A DNA stretch of 50,685 nucleotides, counting the filler, from Bipalium vagum (Eukaryota), in NCBI GenBank assembly GCA_037834085.1. It is 3 parts of 3 records of this genome, joined end to end, with 100 filler letters (N's around TTAATTAATTAA, not from the genome) between each part and the next. Parts side by side here need not be neighbours in the genome. Positions count along the whole stretch, not along the records: positions 1 to 17,190 come from JBBMKC010075268.1; positions 17,291 to 34,695 come from JBBMKC010066947.1; 1 more part is not named here. One strand, 5' to 3'. Positions 12,355 to 25,528 of the stretch are shown piece after piece. The notes under the pieces are model-generated. The model was not told the origin of the DNA and ran no database searches. It saw only the letters and a list, made by a program, of their open reading frames with translations. The position numbers were made by a program, and so were the translations under genes. Positions within the stretch are counted from its first letter, which is position 1. Every line of letters starts with the position of its first letter.

Positions 12355-13890
12355 TACTGGTCCACATAATTATTTATATGTATTGTTTCTTTTAATGAAT
12401 TTATCTCAATTTAGAAATTTGCTGTTGGTTCAATTTTAAAAATATGTCTGTTGTTATCTTCTAGGTACTCATATATATTTCTGAATTGAAAATATATTAT
12501 TTTGCAAATTATTTTGTAAATTTGATTATCAATAATGAAATAAAGGACATAATTTTTTATACCACTACAGTATCTTATGAGAAGAAAAGAAAGACGAGCT
12601 TAATTAATTATATTTCCTTTTTAATCAACACATTGACCAACCTATTTCTGAAAGTTTTATACAGATTAATAATTACCTGTCGTTTAGTGTTATTTATCAT
12701 ATTTGCAGCCTGATTGATTTTCTGTTGCAGTTCAAGTAGGTTTTTCGGCTGCTTCTCAGCATAAGCAAAGTCACTGAGCATCTTCCAGACGTTTTCAACT
12801 AAGTTAATGTCTGGTAACCTCGAAGGCGAGTCGATGATATTGATATCGTTGGTCTGATAACTTTCTTGGACGATTCTGCATGTGTCTATCCGGAAATTAT
12901 CTTGCACCAAGTTTGCTTGATTCCCCATATTCAAACGAATTGATGGCACAATTAAGGTATTGAATGTTGCTTTGTATTCCTCACCTTTCTGAATACCTAC
13001 TAACTCACGAAGTAAAATTAGGCTATTAGGAAAAGTGATCCAAAACTACATCAATCCACCACTACCTTTTTGTTTTCGCTGACGGCATACAACTTTTTTT
13101 CCCAGCATTGTATATAAACCTAATTTTCATTTTCATGCATTAAAATAATATTGCAATAATATTTTACTAATTATCGGAACCATTTAAGGAGAACCGCTTT
13201 TCGTCAACAAAAGCAGTATTTTCCCATACAGTATTTGTGGATATCCATGAAGATACTTTAAAAATTCTGTCAGCTTTATGTTTAGTGGATAATATGATAC
13301 GTTGTGCTTCCTTTTGGTAATGGAAATCATGTCACTGCAACCATCTGGAAACGAATCTTGCGGAGACTATTAAATTATTATTTTTAAGAATGGTGTTGGC
13401 ATTCACCTTAATATCATTTTCGTTTTCTTTTGATATATGCCGCCGTAAGATTGTTGAATTTCTTTTATTTATTTTGAATTTGGAACCTTGTTTCTTTTTG
13501 TGCCAAACTTTTTGATAATTAATTAAATTTTGAATGGCAGACTTCGTTAATCCTAAAATCTTTCCAATTTCTGTATATGTCTTGCCACTTTTTCTTAATT
13601 CAATTGCTGTTCTCTTAATTTCTTCAGAACACATCTATTTAAAGTTTATAATTTTTGAATTTAATTATCAAAACTACTTACGGTATAAATAGTTATGTCC
13701 TTAAATTGTTAGGATAAATTATAAATATTGCAAATTATATAAACAAAACAATTATAATTAACTTATTTGAATATTCTTAACAAATAAATTCATCAACTTA
13801 TCATATTTCAGGTTTCATATTCAATTTTATAAAAGTAAACAGTTAATTAACATTTTTTAATCGTGGTATAAATAATTATGTCAACCAGTA
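12355..13890 (-). mobile_element. Full-length but defective Tc1-like (DD34E) transposon with both TIRs
   Basis: Left TACTGGTCCACATAATTATTTATA, right TATAAATAATTATGTCAACCAGTA; HTH N-terminus MCSEEIKRTAIELRKSGKTYTEIG (13634); FVDEKRF; QDN...PDINLVENVW with 34 residues between D and E; stops and frameshifts. Confidence 0.92.
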
Positions 13891-13914
13891 TGATTTAGGA
13901 AATGTTTTGGAATG

Positions 13915-13990
13915 CTCTTCACTATCCTACCCTCAAGAGCCCTCAAAAGTAACAATCGCCTCTCCGCCCTACTAGACGTAGAGAAGGCAA
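13915..13990 (+). mobile_element. Tiny non-LTR retrotransposon RT relic
   Basis: GC-richer patch translating ...RLSALLDVEKA, resembling the LINE RT LDVEKAFD motif; very short. Confidence 0.4.
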
Positions 13991-14992
13991 TAAAAAGAAA
14001 AGATGGGAAATAGCAAAAAAATGATTTTGATAATGATAGAATAATTGGGGAACTATCCAATTATTCTACCTAGTTTTTTTTTGAGACAATTTAATTAACA
14101 ATCAAAATATTCAATCTGTGGTCAAATTGTTATTTATGATTGATTTTATTTTTTAAAAAATAATAATAATGTATTGTACCTAAATGTATTGTACCTAAAG
14201 ATATCTTTCCTTAAACATTCTTAATTAACTACCATTTGTGAAAGATTTTTATTCTAAACAATTTACGAATACACATTTTTAAAAAGTAAGTGTTTTCTCC
14301 TTTCATATTTAAATCGATCAAATTTTACATTGTGATAATAAAGTTTGATGTGTGCTTTAAGGGTTCACCCGTAGTAAATAAATTTTTATTTATCATACAG
14401 ACATACATCTGTATATAAGTACAGCAGTAGAGACAATTATGTACAATAAGTAAATGTAATATTCACATAGTCTCTAGGTGAGGGTAGTGTGATAGATCCT
14501 GGAGTCCCAAACGACACTAAATATAAAATTTAATGCATGTTAGGGGTCGGGACAAATCACTCTGTGCACCATCGAGAGTAAATTGATATCTGCCCCCATT
14601 GCAGTCGATACCTTAAATAGCTTAAATTATTTAAGTTATTAAAACTATAAAAAAAAAATTCACTGTTGAACAAGTATATTTCCTTTCTCAAAATTTATAT
14701 TTATTTTTAACCACTTTACTTTAAAATAATTAATCGAAATGACATCTTTTAATCTTGCATAATCAATTTATGAAATTCTAATAAATAAATTAAGAAGCAT
14801 ATAAAACTATATTAATAAAATTAGTGACTTATTTATAATTAATTTTTCTATTCATTTATAAGTAATTTTGGATAGAATAAATAATAATAATGATTTTTAA
14901 TATATTGATAGAATTTTGTTTACATTGTTTATTTTTTTAATTTGTGTATAGTTATTTTGCAATTTATTTGAAGTAAAATACTGTATATAATC

Positions 14993-15204
14993 ATGAGTGG
15001 AGAGCATTATCCAGATGATATGTTTACGGGATGGAAAAAGTATTATAACACGTATACTACCCGTGGTCGTAGTAATGTAGCCGCTTTTCTAATGAAATTT
15101 TATTTTGATTATTATTTTAGATAACGCTTACTAATCTAGCTATTGGTTTAGGAATCTTTTTGTATTTCAAATTTAGAAAACCAAAAGAAGTCAAAAGTTC
15201 TTAG
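14993..15204 (+). CDS. ATP5MK: Mitochondrial ATP synthase membrane subunit K (DAPIT/USMG5), complete 55 aa; exons 14993-15076 and 15121-15204
   Basis: Spliced product MSGEHYPDDMFTGWKKYYNTYTTRGRSN|ITLTNLAIGLGIFLYFKFRKPKEVKSS*; FTG.KKY.N.YT..GR.N and LYFK.R are the DAPIT signature; 44 nt GT..TTTTAG phase-0 intron. Confidence 0.93.
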
Positions 15205-16208
15205 GAAATGGATTATTAAATTTACTTAGAAATTAATATATAAATAGTTTCAAATACAATTTATATTTTGGCTTATACTAAAAATGAAATAAGATTAATT
15301 ATAAGATTAAGTTTAACTTAATTTAATATTTACAATCTTTAGATTTGTATTACTAATTTGATATATTAATTTTAGTAAATTTATTTTTAATTTTAGTTAT
15401 TAATTTATTGATATTTTAACTCTAGAAAGAATTAAAATTTTAAAAATTACTAGAAAGTCTTCTGATAAAAATTGTGAATTTTATGAGAATTAAAACTATT
15501 GATTTTTACCAGCCGAAAATTTTACTTTCAATTAACGAAACATTTTCAGTTAATTCAAATTTTAAGCTTTGAATTATTATTTTATGTCTAAATGATATTG
15601 ATTTAATATTTAACTGAAAATTTTATTAATCAGTATTTGATTATGTTTAAAAGTACTGTCCAAATAAATGTATAATTTTATTGCACTCGATTTGATTTAA
15701 AAGGATAATGGTTCTGATCAAAACTACATGTGATTGTCCTATTGATAGTAGTGATATAGATGAATTTTAAAATTTCATTACGAATAATTGCTAATAATGA
15801 AAAATTAATATTAATTAATAGAAAGTTTGAGTTTAAAATTAAGATAACATTAATCCTGTTTTCTTGTATGACGGTTGATGCATAAAAATAATCAATAATA
15901 ATAACAAGTTTAGGACAATGTTTTTTTATGACAAAGAAATACCAATGTATTTTTTCTGACCTATAGAAATACCCATGTTGATTTTCTGACCTACAAAAAA
16001 CAAATGTCAATAATAACAAAATAACTAGACATAATTGACAACCAACAATTATATTTATTAAAAAATTCATGGTTTCTTCAAAGCTATTATGGTATTGAAC
16101 TGAACTATTTTTGGACCACCTAACAAGATACGATTTTTATCAAAATATTGTTTATATTCTTTATTCGAAATTTGATAAGAACTGACCTATAAATGTATCA
16201 TTTGTATA

Positions 16209-16800
16209 CACAGGGTGTTTATTATGTATGTTAACATACTTTCATAAGAGTCATTTTGGAATTGTACCAACATTGTCTGACAAAATTCCATTCTTCGGTC
16301 AAAGTCGTCATCGCTGATCTTAATTACAGTTGACGGCTTAAAAATATGAAATGCCTTGTAATAACAGATTAAAGTAATGTCAAGTTCCCTAGCACCCTGC
16401 CGAGGTGACAAATTGCTAGATTCTTCAAAAAATTTTTTCACTTTTTGAATTGTTTTCGTTGTTAATACGGAACAAGGTCGACCGGATTTTTACATTGTCA
16501 TAAACACTTCCAGTCCTTAAACTTTTCCACTATTTTTTAACTGTTTGCCTACTTGGTGGTGGAGTGATAAACTTCTTTTTCTAATGCCTAATTAATTCTT
16601 CAAAATTATCAAATTTGGAGTTCCATACAACAATTTGAATTCTTTCTTCCATCGAAAAACGTAAAGCCATTTTATTTTAAAATTAACTAAATGGATTATT
16701 AGTTATTATTATAAGTCCATGTAAACAAATTAGTAATACCCTTTTTTAAACTTGTAATTTAAAAATAAAGTATGTTAAGATACATAATAAACATCCCATG
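16209..16800 (-). mobile_element. Internally deleted rosa/DD41D-type element with intact TIRs (~590 bp)
   Basis: Left CAGGGTGTTTATTATGTATGTTAACATACTT, right AAGTATGTTAAGATACATAATAAACATCCCATG|TA; transposase N-terminus MALRFSMEERIQIV..PPSRQTV..KSGRP..DDDFDRRMEFCQ; catalytic domain absent, so subfamily is inferred. Confidence 0.85.
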
Positions 16801-17190
16801 TAATGTAATCATATTTTATATGAAAATGTATTTTATAATATAGCATTGTCGAGTACCATTATTAAATGCACCATATTGAACATTCGGCCGTTCGGTTTAT
16901 AATTTCATCGTACTGGTTACACATATTTAATTATTGTATAAAAAAATTAATATACATTTAATTTATGCAATGTGTGAAAAATGATCTATTATTTTCTAAT
17001 GAGTGAAAAAAAAAGTTTAACAATTTTTGTGTATAGTGTTCGGTTTACCCAAGACACCCCCGGGAAAAAATAAGCAAGGAAAACCATTAAAAGGGTATAA
17101 ATATTAATAATAATATTAATAATATTAATAATTAAAATTAATTAGCACTTGAAAAGCAATTAAAAATTTACAGATATTTTTAGTTTGAAC

Positions 17191-17290
17191 NNNNNNNNNN
17201 NNNNNNNNNNNNNNNNNNNNNNNNNNNNNNNNNNTTAATTAATTAANNNNNNNNNNNNNNNNNNNNNNNNNNNNNNNNNNNNNNNNNNNN
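17191..17290. other. Artificial contig-joining spacer
   Basis: 44 N + TTAATTAATTAA + 44 N; the 12-mer gives stops in all six frames. Confidence 0.97.

Positions 17291-17358
<68 letters not shown>
17291..17358. repeat. (ATA)n microsatellite at contig end
   Basis: About 22 perfect ATA units immediately after the spacer. Confidence 0.95.
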
Positions 17359-17359
<1 letters not shown>

Positions 17360-18286
17360 TTTTAAATCACAACCTTATATTTATTTCGAAATAGATTTTT
17401 CAGTTATAAAAAATTTTGAATTGTTTTTCTAATAGAAAAATATGATTTACATAAGAAATAGAAATAATTTTATTACTTACTACTATTAAGAGTGTTGTTA
17501 TTTTATATTGTACATGTTGTATTTCAAGGAAAATTTTGTGTAAAATTTAGGATAGATTAATAACTCTCAAATTTAATAATGTAATGATACAACTGACATT
17601 TTCAAATTTCATATCTTTTGGAAAAAAATTACCGAGGGTTAATTACATTTTAAACAGGAAATCCCAGCTTATATGACTCCACCGACACCAATAACAACAA
17701 CATTTTCGGCAAAATCACCTTTTGCAAATTTATTTTCAAGCATTTCAATTGGTTAACAAATAATAACAAAATTTAAATTTCATATTTAAAAAACAGTTAC
17801 ATTATATATTAATTCCATTTCTATCTTAAAAAGTTATTTACCAATTTACTAACCAATGAAAATTCTTTAATCGAGTATTTTTAAAATATATAAATAAAGA
17901 TTCAAAATACTTTTAGAAAACTTAATATTTTTATTTCTTTTTTTCATAAATCCATATTAACTTTAAACGAAAAATACAATAAAATAACACAAAAAAGAAA
18001 ATCTTAAAATATCTAAGCATTTTTACTTTATTCATCTCCGTTTAAAAAGTTTATAAATATCCAGGTTATAATTATAAAGGTATCTTGATTAAATTGAAAT
18101 AGAAAAAACTCCTCATAATACTACTTAAAATAATGTTTAAAATATGCATTAAAAGGGTTCTTCAAAAGTGTTTAATCTCAACTTAATTTATAAATTTTAA
18201 TAAAAATTGATAATTATGATTTTCATGTCAGAAAAAAATCAGTCACAAGTGTCTCTAAAGCCTCAGTAAGAAATATATCCACTTAC

Positions 18287-18646
18287 AGCATGGGCCCTCT
18301 CGTTCACCAAATCAATTGACCATTGATTATTCACATTGTGATAGACTAATATTGATCCTGTATTGCTACATGTTGCCAATTTCTTGTGGAAAGGGTTCCA
18401 TTCAACGATATTTATCGGAACTTTGCTATTACGTAAATTATAATTGGTCCTAGATGTTGTATCATTATGACAATTTTCATCATGACTGTCTGACTGCACA
18501 ACGGTTTTTGTTATACTGACCGAACCCGTTTTGTTTCCACATGCAAGCCAACCAATGTTGGATTGGTTTTGATCTTGCATCCAAGATGTGGACAAAATAT
18601 CCGATCCACTAAAATGATCACAGTGACTTTCTAATTCAAGAATCAT
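18287..18646 (-). CDS. TULP4: Tubby-related protein 4-like WD40 protein, first coding exon (120 codons)
   Basis: SDILSTSW..GWLACGNKTGSVSIT..RTNYNLR..VEWN..HKKLATC..GSILV..WSIDLVNER matches TULP4 motifs (GWLATGN, INFNLR, QKLATC, WSVELVNDR); phase-0 GTAAGT donor at 18286. No later exons found before the spacer. Confidence 0.85.
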
Positions 18647-19789
18647 GTTTATTAAATCTCCATAAAAAGATAAATAAAATTTGGTTTTCAGTCAAAAATT
18701 CAAATTTATAAAAGTAAATTTTGGAAATTCATAAAATTTTAATTTTTAATAAATTATGAAAAGCAAGATTCATAATAGTAAAACAATTTAAGGTTATAAA
18801 AGTAAATATTGTTTATTTTTTAGTAAATGATATTAGAGATATTTTCATTGGGTTTTTAATTTTATTATTAAATAATTCTCATTAAATATTTGATTTTATA
18901 AGACAAATAGATTTCGCAAAAGTTTACAAGTTTGCGGAATATTTAACATTTAAATAAATACAAATCATTTAACCTATTCAATTTTATATAATAGTTGCTT
19001 TTATTTACTATTAAATTCTTTATAAAAAATTATTAAATGTTCCCAATGAAAATAAATTTTTAAAAATGAAATGCCCTTAAGAATTGCTTAATAATTTTAA
19101 AAAGATTACACTAACATTGTAATTGATTAATATACTAATTTTATTTTCATATTTTCCAATTTCTAAAACTCTTAGGAATTTTTGGTTCCAGATTTACTGC
19201 TAAAAATGATAAAAATCAATGAATTCAAAGAAGTAATCATGACTAAATCAGATATTAATGTAGAAGATATAAGAGATTTGTCAAAACTTTATGAGAATAG
19301 AGAACAGAAAAGTTCTGAAAAGAGAAAGGCGCAACTAAACGCAGTGTGGCAGAAATGGTTCAGGGTGGAAAATATCAAAGATGATCGAAACCTCTGAATA
19401 TCTGGATTCAAAACTAATCCGACCAGCATGGTGGGATCAATTATAGGAATGAGAGAATCTCGTCATGCTAACCACCGTTAAACCTCCTAGTTTTGTATTT
19501 CAATTGGGATCTTTTCTGTGGTTAACAAATTAATACAAATACTTTATCGAAAACTATGCGGATATCGCGGTACCACTGTACGCCGCTATTTCCAGTGGAG
19601 AATAGACTACAATGAATGGACCAATGCCAAAAGGGTTTTCACATGTGAAGGACAGATTATACCACGCTCCAATTTAAGATTTTCCCAGGAAGTATCATAC
19701 TTTTTTTCTGGAAGCGGGTGTTAGCTTTAGTGCGATTGGTACCGTTTTTAGTCAAATCACTGAAAATAACAGAGAGACAGTTATTTCAT

Positions 19790-20050
19790 ATGGATCGAGC
19801 ACATGATCTTGGATATTGTAAATGAGGAAACAATTGCTGGAATTGTCCTGCATTTCAAAAAATATCTGTATGGTAAATATTTCTTCGCACCCATGGACCA
19901 TAAGGATCTAGTAAATATGAAGACTACGAAAAAATTCGATCAGGCCACAATTTCAAAGATGGTTAGCGAATTTATCTAAATTTGATTTCGAATTGAGATA
20001 TCGGAAAAGAGAGGAACATAGTAATGCTGATGGTATGTCAGGAAAATGAA
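19790..20050 (+). mobile_element. Ty3/Gypsy pol relic (RNase H region)
   Basis: FKKYLYGKYFFAPMDHKDL and QRWLANLSKFDFELRYRKREEHSNADGMS match Gypsy RNase H motifs (YL.G..F...TDH..L; RW...L..FDF.I.Y..G..H.NAD..SR). Confidence 0.85.
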
Positions 20051-20589
20051 TATTTCGTTTGCACAATGTCAGATTATACATGAGGCGCTAAGCTGGAAAA
20101 ACCGAAACCCAGATTTTTATTAACTCATAGTAATAATAGTAAAGAATTAGGTTAGATCAGATGACATATGTTTCTATTGTGGATATAATAGCATGGTTGT
20201 TGTGTCAATGGAGAAACGATCAAGATATGGTAGGTAAGTTAATAGTGTTGATAAAAGTTGAACTATGATTTGAAAAGAATAAAGGAGGTCACCAAGAATT
20301 AAAGATTAGAGAAAACATATCTTTGAATCAAGATATTATTCAGATGCTTAAAAATGGTAATCGGTCGAAGATAAGTCTGGTGTATAAGGGGAATGTGGTA
20401 AAATTTCAATGTTTATGTGGTTCAGCTTTTACAATGTCTTTTTTCCACATGTGATCGTGCATTGTCATGCACAGGATGACCCATTTTCTACTGATCAGTG
20501 ACGGTTGTTTAATGTATAGTTTTTATGTATTATTTAAATTTCAAAACAATATTTATCGCAGTTAATAGTTTATTTCTGTTTTAGTAATG

Positions 20590-20810
20590 AAAAATGTATG
20601 ACAACAGCCATACACCACCATCCTATGATCATTGTCTTTTTTGGTGTAAATCCTATTTTGAGCAGCGTAACGGAACTTCATCGACATCTAACGATTGGAC
20701 AGAATGTCTGTGATTATAAGAATAACTCTTTTTTTCACAAGTGATGATGCGACCTAAAAAGTTGTCCATCCTGTTTCGATCCAACAGCATTTTGGTAATG
20801 TTCATTATTT
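20590..20810 (-). mobile_element. Mariner transposase relic
   Basis: MLLDRNRMDNFLGRIITCEKK resembles LL.RN....FL.RIVT.DEKW. Confidence 0.65.
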
Positions 20811-21109
20811 ACGATTTTTTAGACTTATTAAATAAATGAGCAACTCATTGATCTCTATTTTTTCTGATCAATTTCTATTAAATATCGTGAAGTTTACCAA
20901 CCGATTTGTTAGTATTTAATTAAATCTCGCATCGTAAATCGCGGTTATTAAATATTATCTAACGATTATTCAGATTTAAAATTTCAGATTGATTTATAAT
21001 TATTTTTTATATAATAAGTATTACTTCATTTATATTAGTTTTAAAAAATATTTCCAAATTCGGATATTTCCAACCGCATTGTTGGTGTGGCAGTGTAACA
21101 AGTTACCTC

Positions 21110-21700
21110 CATGTTTCAGATATATCATTTATTTAAATGCACACAAAAATTTTCAACATTTTTTGATATTGATTGTCTGTAACTCTAACTACAATTCTTT
21201 TTTCGTCCTCAAAAAAGTAACAGTCTATTATCTTCCCATGTGTTATACCGCACCAAACTTTAATCTTAAGAGGATGTAATTCATGTGTATGGATCACTCT
21301 CGGATTCTCAGTATCCCAAATCCTGTATTTGCTTACTGACATTTGCCTTTTGTATTTGTTTTTATCATTCGGGCGAAATTGAGATTCATCTCCAAAAATT
21401 AATTTTTTGATAAAGTTGCAACTCTTTCTAGGGCTAACTTAAATTGAAATCACATAGTTTATCCAGTGTCTATAATCTATTGGTAGTAAGCTTTGAACCA
21501 GTTAGGTTTTGTACGGATACATATCCTAAATCTCTTCCTAAAACTCCAATGTGTAGTCAACGTCTTCAAGTAGATAATCGACAATCTTTCAGAATACTAT
21601 CAAGTGCATAAGTAACATTTTTTGAGACCATACTGAAATTGATCTGCAGAAGAGTTCCAAATCCGTAATAGAACCTTATTGTTAGAAGTGCTTGATCAGC
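21110..21700 (-). mobile_element. rosa/DD41D-type transposase relic
   Basis: IFGDESQF...YRIWDTENPRVIHTHELHPLKIKVWCGI...YFFEDE on the minus strand. Confidence 0.8.
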
Positions 21701-24700
21701 TTATTTTTTGTTGTCGGTTCTCTGATTTTTAAATATATAACATGTTTTCTTTTTGCTAAAATAATGAAAAACTTGTAATTGGTCTATCGTATATTTTTTC
21801 ATATTAAGTTTTCAAGAATTAAAGTCTCTAAATCTCTTAAAAAATCAATTTCTCAATAAAACTTTATTATTCAATTTCTAAATAGGAAATTGACCCCTGG
21901 GCTGACCCTGGATTAATATTTTATCTATTGGGTAATAAGTGAGCATATAATGTCGATAGAAGTGCATTTACCATAGCTTGGCATGTTGGGGTACAATTTT
22001 TTGAGTTACTGACTATTTTGCAATTGATTACGTGATGTTTAAGAATTATATTACCGTTTATTGTGTAATCTTTTCATTGTTGTTTTGCTGAAACAAAAGT
22101 TGACCGCCTTATTGTTTGCTGATTCCCCAAAGGGGTTTTTGTGAACTGATAACCGTGATGAAGTGAAGGAGTCAGATAGCTCGGCTTGGTTAATATAAGA
22201 TTTAAATTTTTGATGATTTTTTATGTTGATTAAAATGTTTAAGTAGTGTAATAATGACTAAAATTATCATACTCCCATAATTTTAAAAATGATAAATTTT
22301 TAAGTTTGGGAAAGAACTTTGATTTTCTACTGACATTATTATTTGATTATAATAAAATACAATAATAATGTCATTAATAATCCAATTACTACTCAAACAC
22401 TATCTAATTTCCAATAGATCAAGCCTAAAACAAAGAGACCTTTCTCATTTTCATTTTTTTGATTGAATAGACATTTGATTAGAGATTCTTTTGAAAACTT
22501 CCTGCCACCATTCATGTGGAAACATTTCATCCACAAATTTGTGAATTTTATCAAAACTCTGAATTTCTGTGACAGTTTAACAAATTTTCTAAATCATTCA
22601 TCATTTCTTTTACTTTAGTTATTTTTAAATACTTAATTTCTTTACAGTTTATTCATATTTTAGTCAGTTACTTATTCTCTTGACAATAAATAGAAAATAA
22701 TTTGCTTTTTATTATTCTTTGTTATGTATAATTGTTTTAAAATTGAAAACATTCCTTTGGATTGTAATGCTCAGAATAAAAGTGAAAGTTTTGGCATCTA
22801 CTATAATAATTTGATACCTGTTAGGTTTCGTCTTTATGGGCGAGGAATTTTGTGTCCAGTCTAGATATTGATTGGTCTTCCTACCACTTACTTTCTAGAC
22901 AAAAGATTCAAATAATCTGATGATAATATTATATCGGAAGACAACACGAGATTCCAACTACTTTAAGCATAATGTTAAAACAGACTGATTCAAGAAAACC
23001 CTCAAACACAACTTAATGCTTAGTTGAAGTTCCCATAACAGCAGTCGGCTTGGAATCACTGGTTGAAGTAGTTGAAATTATAGTTTTACAATAATTTTTT
23101 ATAATCAATAATTTAAATAAGATTTGAACCCGTCTGGGTCTAATATTCTAAATTTCTTAAAAAACTTAAGAAAATTGATTAAATCATTAAAACCAGAAAC
23201 GACATTAACTAAAAATACACCTCATCAGAATTAGCACAGGTAATTATTTACCTCAAGACATATTTAATCAATCCAAATAAAAGTAATAATATTAATATAG
23301 ACGTCATAAAATGAAATTGTACATAAAGGTGTAAAAATTTCATATATTTTTAATAAGTATGAGTCTTCTCTTTTTTGAGAAGAGCAGACACAGATCAAAA
23401 TGTTTAAAAGTTATAACTTATAACTTTTTTGAATCCTTAAAAAAGGTAAGTCTTTCAATTACACCATAGTTTAGGAAGCTAAACAAGAATACCTTGAGCA
23501 CGAGTTCCATGTAATCAAATAGCAGTGAGGGAAAAGTGTGATAAATATCATAGTTTTCCAAAAATTTTAGTTTATCTTTGAAAGTTAACATATATTTTCA
23601 AATAATTAGTGAACCAATTACTAAGCATAGAAAAACCCTGTTTATGCAGTTCATACATTAGTTTATCATATTAAAATTGATTTGATATTACATGTATTTT
23701 AATTGGATTAATTAATTAGTGACTTGGAAATTAAAAAAATAAATAACTGAATAAAATTTATGTTTTAAATATTATATGAAGGTTTTATTGACCAGATTTT
23801 GTGCTATTAATCATTTTTAATAAAATTCTCTTCCATAAATTATGGAAATATCATGATGTAGATGAAAATCAGGATCATGGATAATACATTTGCTATTGAA
23901 TAAACATCAAAGATTAATCATTAAGCCATGATGAAACATTTACGTAACATTATTATATAATGTTTGATCGTGTGGCTTTTATTAGAATGAAAATTAAATT
24001 ACAATAATCAAATAAAAATTGCTGCGATTAAAACAAAAATAATAAATTTATGTTCAATCATTATTCCATGTTTCATTTAAAATTTCATTCAGCAAATTAA
24101 TTGTTTTTTAATCACTTATCTATTTTTATTATTTGGTAAATTCCAGGGATTCTTTTTGAATAGAACATATCAAATCACAACGTTAATCAATTATTAATTA
24201 ATTCATAATTGAAATTAATTCTATTAATTTCGTCCAGCCTATATTTTCACAATTTGAACATTAGAAATCAATTTTTAGATTTGTAAACATCATAAAAAAT
24301 GATTTTACCAACAAAAAAATCACAATATCCCCTAAAAACAGTTTTAATTATTTAATAAATTTGGATTTTTGTTTCGTCTTAAAAACAACACACACACAAA
24401 AACTGTTTACATTAAAAATATCAGATTTTAGCAATTGACGTTATAAATTTACAAATCTAATCGGCCGTAAAATTTTTATAGATGATTTTAATTATTTAAT
24501 TGAAAAATTTTCATATAAAGTCTGAAAACTAGACTTCCAATTTTCATTTTCGGAAAGCAAGCTTGGAAAGTTTGCTTCAGTTTCAGAATTTTATTTTCAA
24601 CCAATCATCAAACGCAGATAAGCACACACATGTTAAACAAGTATTAATTGGAAATTGCAACAGAAAATCAAAAATCGGCTTACATGGAATCTGTGTGTAT

Positions 24701-25140
24701 GTGTACGTGTATCTCTCAATATTCAAGTAGGTGTGTATGTGTGTGTATATTGATAAATTATTTCCTCAATCAGTGATAGATGGCAACTTCATCGATTTGT
24801 GCTAAACACACACACAGACATTGGTTCATAGATACCGTGTTTCGCATTTGTTTCCAATGATTTCTGAATTGACACTATTAACTGTCACGGAATATTATTG
24901 AAATCATTTCTCTTCATATTTGATCAACAGTCCCACTGCCTATTATTCTATTCAAATCCCAAGAAGAAATTTTCTATTTCCTCGTAATTCGTTTCTTTCG
25001 GATCTATTTATTAAATCCAAATAAAAAAAAACAAAAACGAGTTTCATTTCATTTTTCTTTGGAACTAGAATTAAATTTTTCAAGAAAAAAAATCGATTTT
25101 GTTCATTTGTCACAATTATTTTGTTGGATTTAAATAAAAA

Positions 25141-25528
25141 ATGTCGGTTATAGAAGGCGGTCGATTTGATTTTGATGATGGAGGCAGTTATGTTGGAGAA
25201 TGGTGCGACGGACGAGCTCACGGTTTGGGAATTGCAACCGGTCCAGAAAACCAAGGTGAATATTCAGGTGAATGGGTGATGGGATTTGAATGTCGGGGAA
25301 TATATATTTGGCCGAGTGGTAACATTTACGCTGGCTGTTGGATGAAAGGCAAAAGACATGGAGAAGGCGTTCAGATCAAAGGAAAATGGATATTCAAAGG
25401 CGAATTCACGACCGGTTTCTGTGGTAGATACGGAATCAAAGAGTCATTGTCAAGTGCTTCAAAGTTTGAAGGAAGTTGGCATCTGAATCTTTTTGACGGA
25501 TTTGGAGTTGAGACAAATGCTGACGGAA
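25141..25528 (+). CDS. JPH: Junctophilin exon 1 (MORN repeats)
   Basis: GGRFDFDDGGSYVGEWCDGRAHGLGIATGPENQGEYSGEW is the junctophilin N-terminus; phase-1 donor A|GTATGT. Confidence 0.96.

Noticed and set aside
17235-17246. TTAATTAATTAA palindrome as a biological motif
   Set aside because: Centred in exactly 44+44 Ns at two sites; it is an assembly linker.
21890-22200. Possible snRNA/snoRNA (Sm-like AATTTTTTG, GTGATGA)
   Set aside because: Isolated short motifs without recognisable U-RNA sequence or paired C/D boxes.
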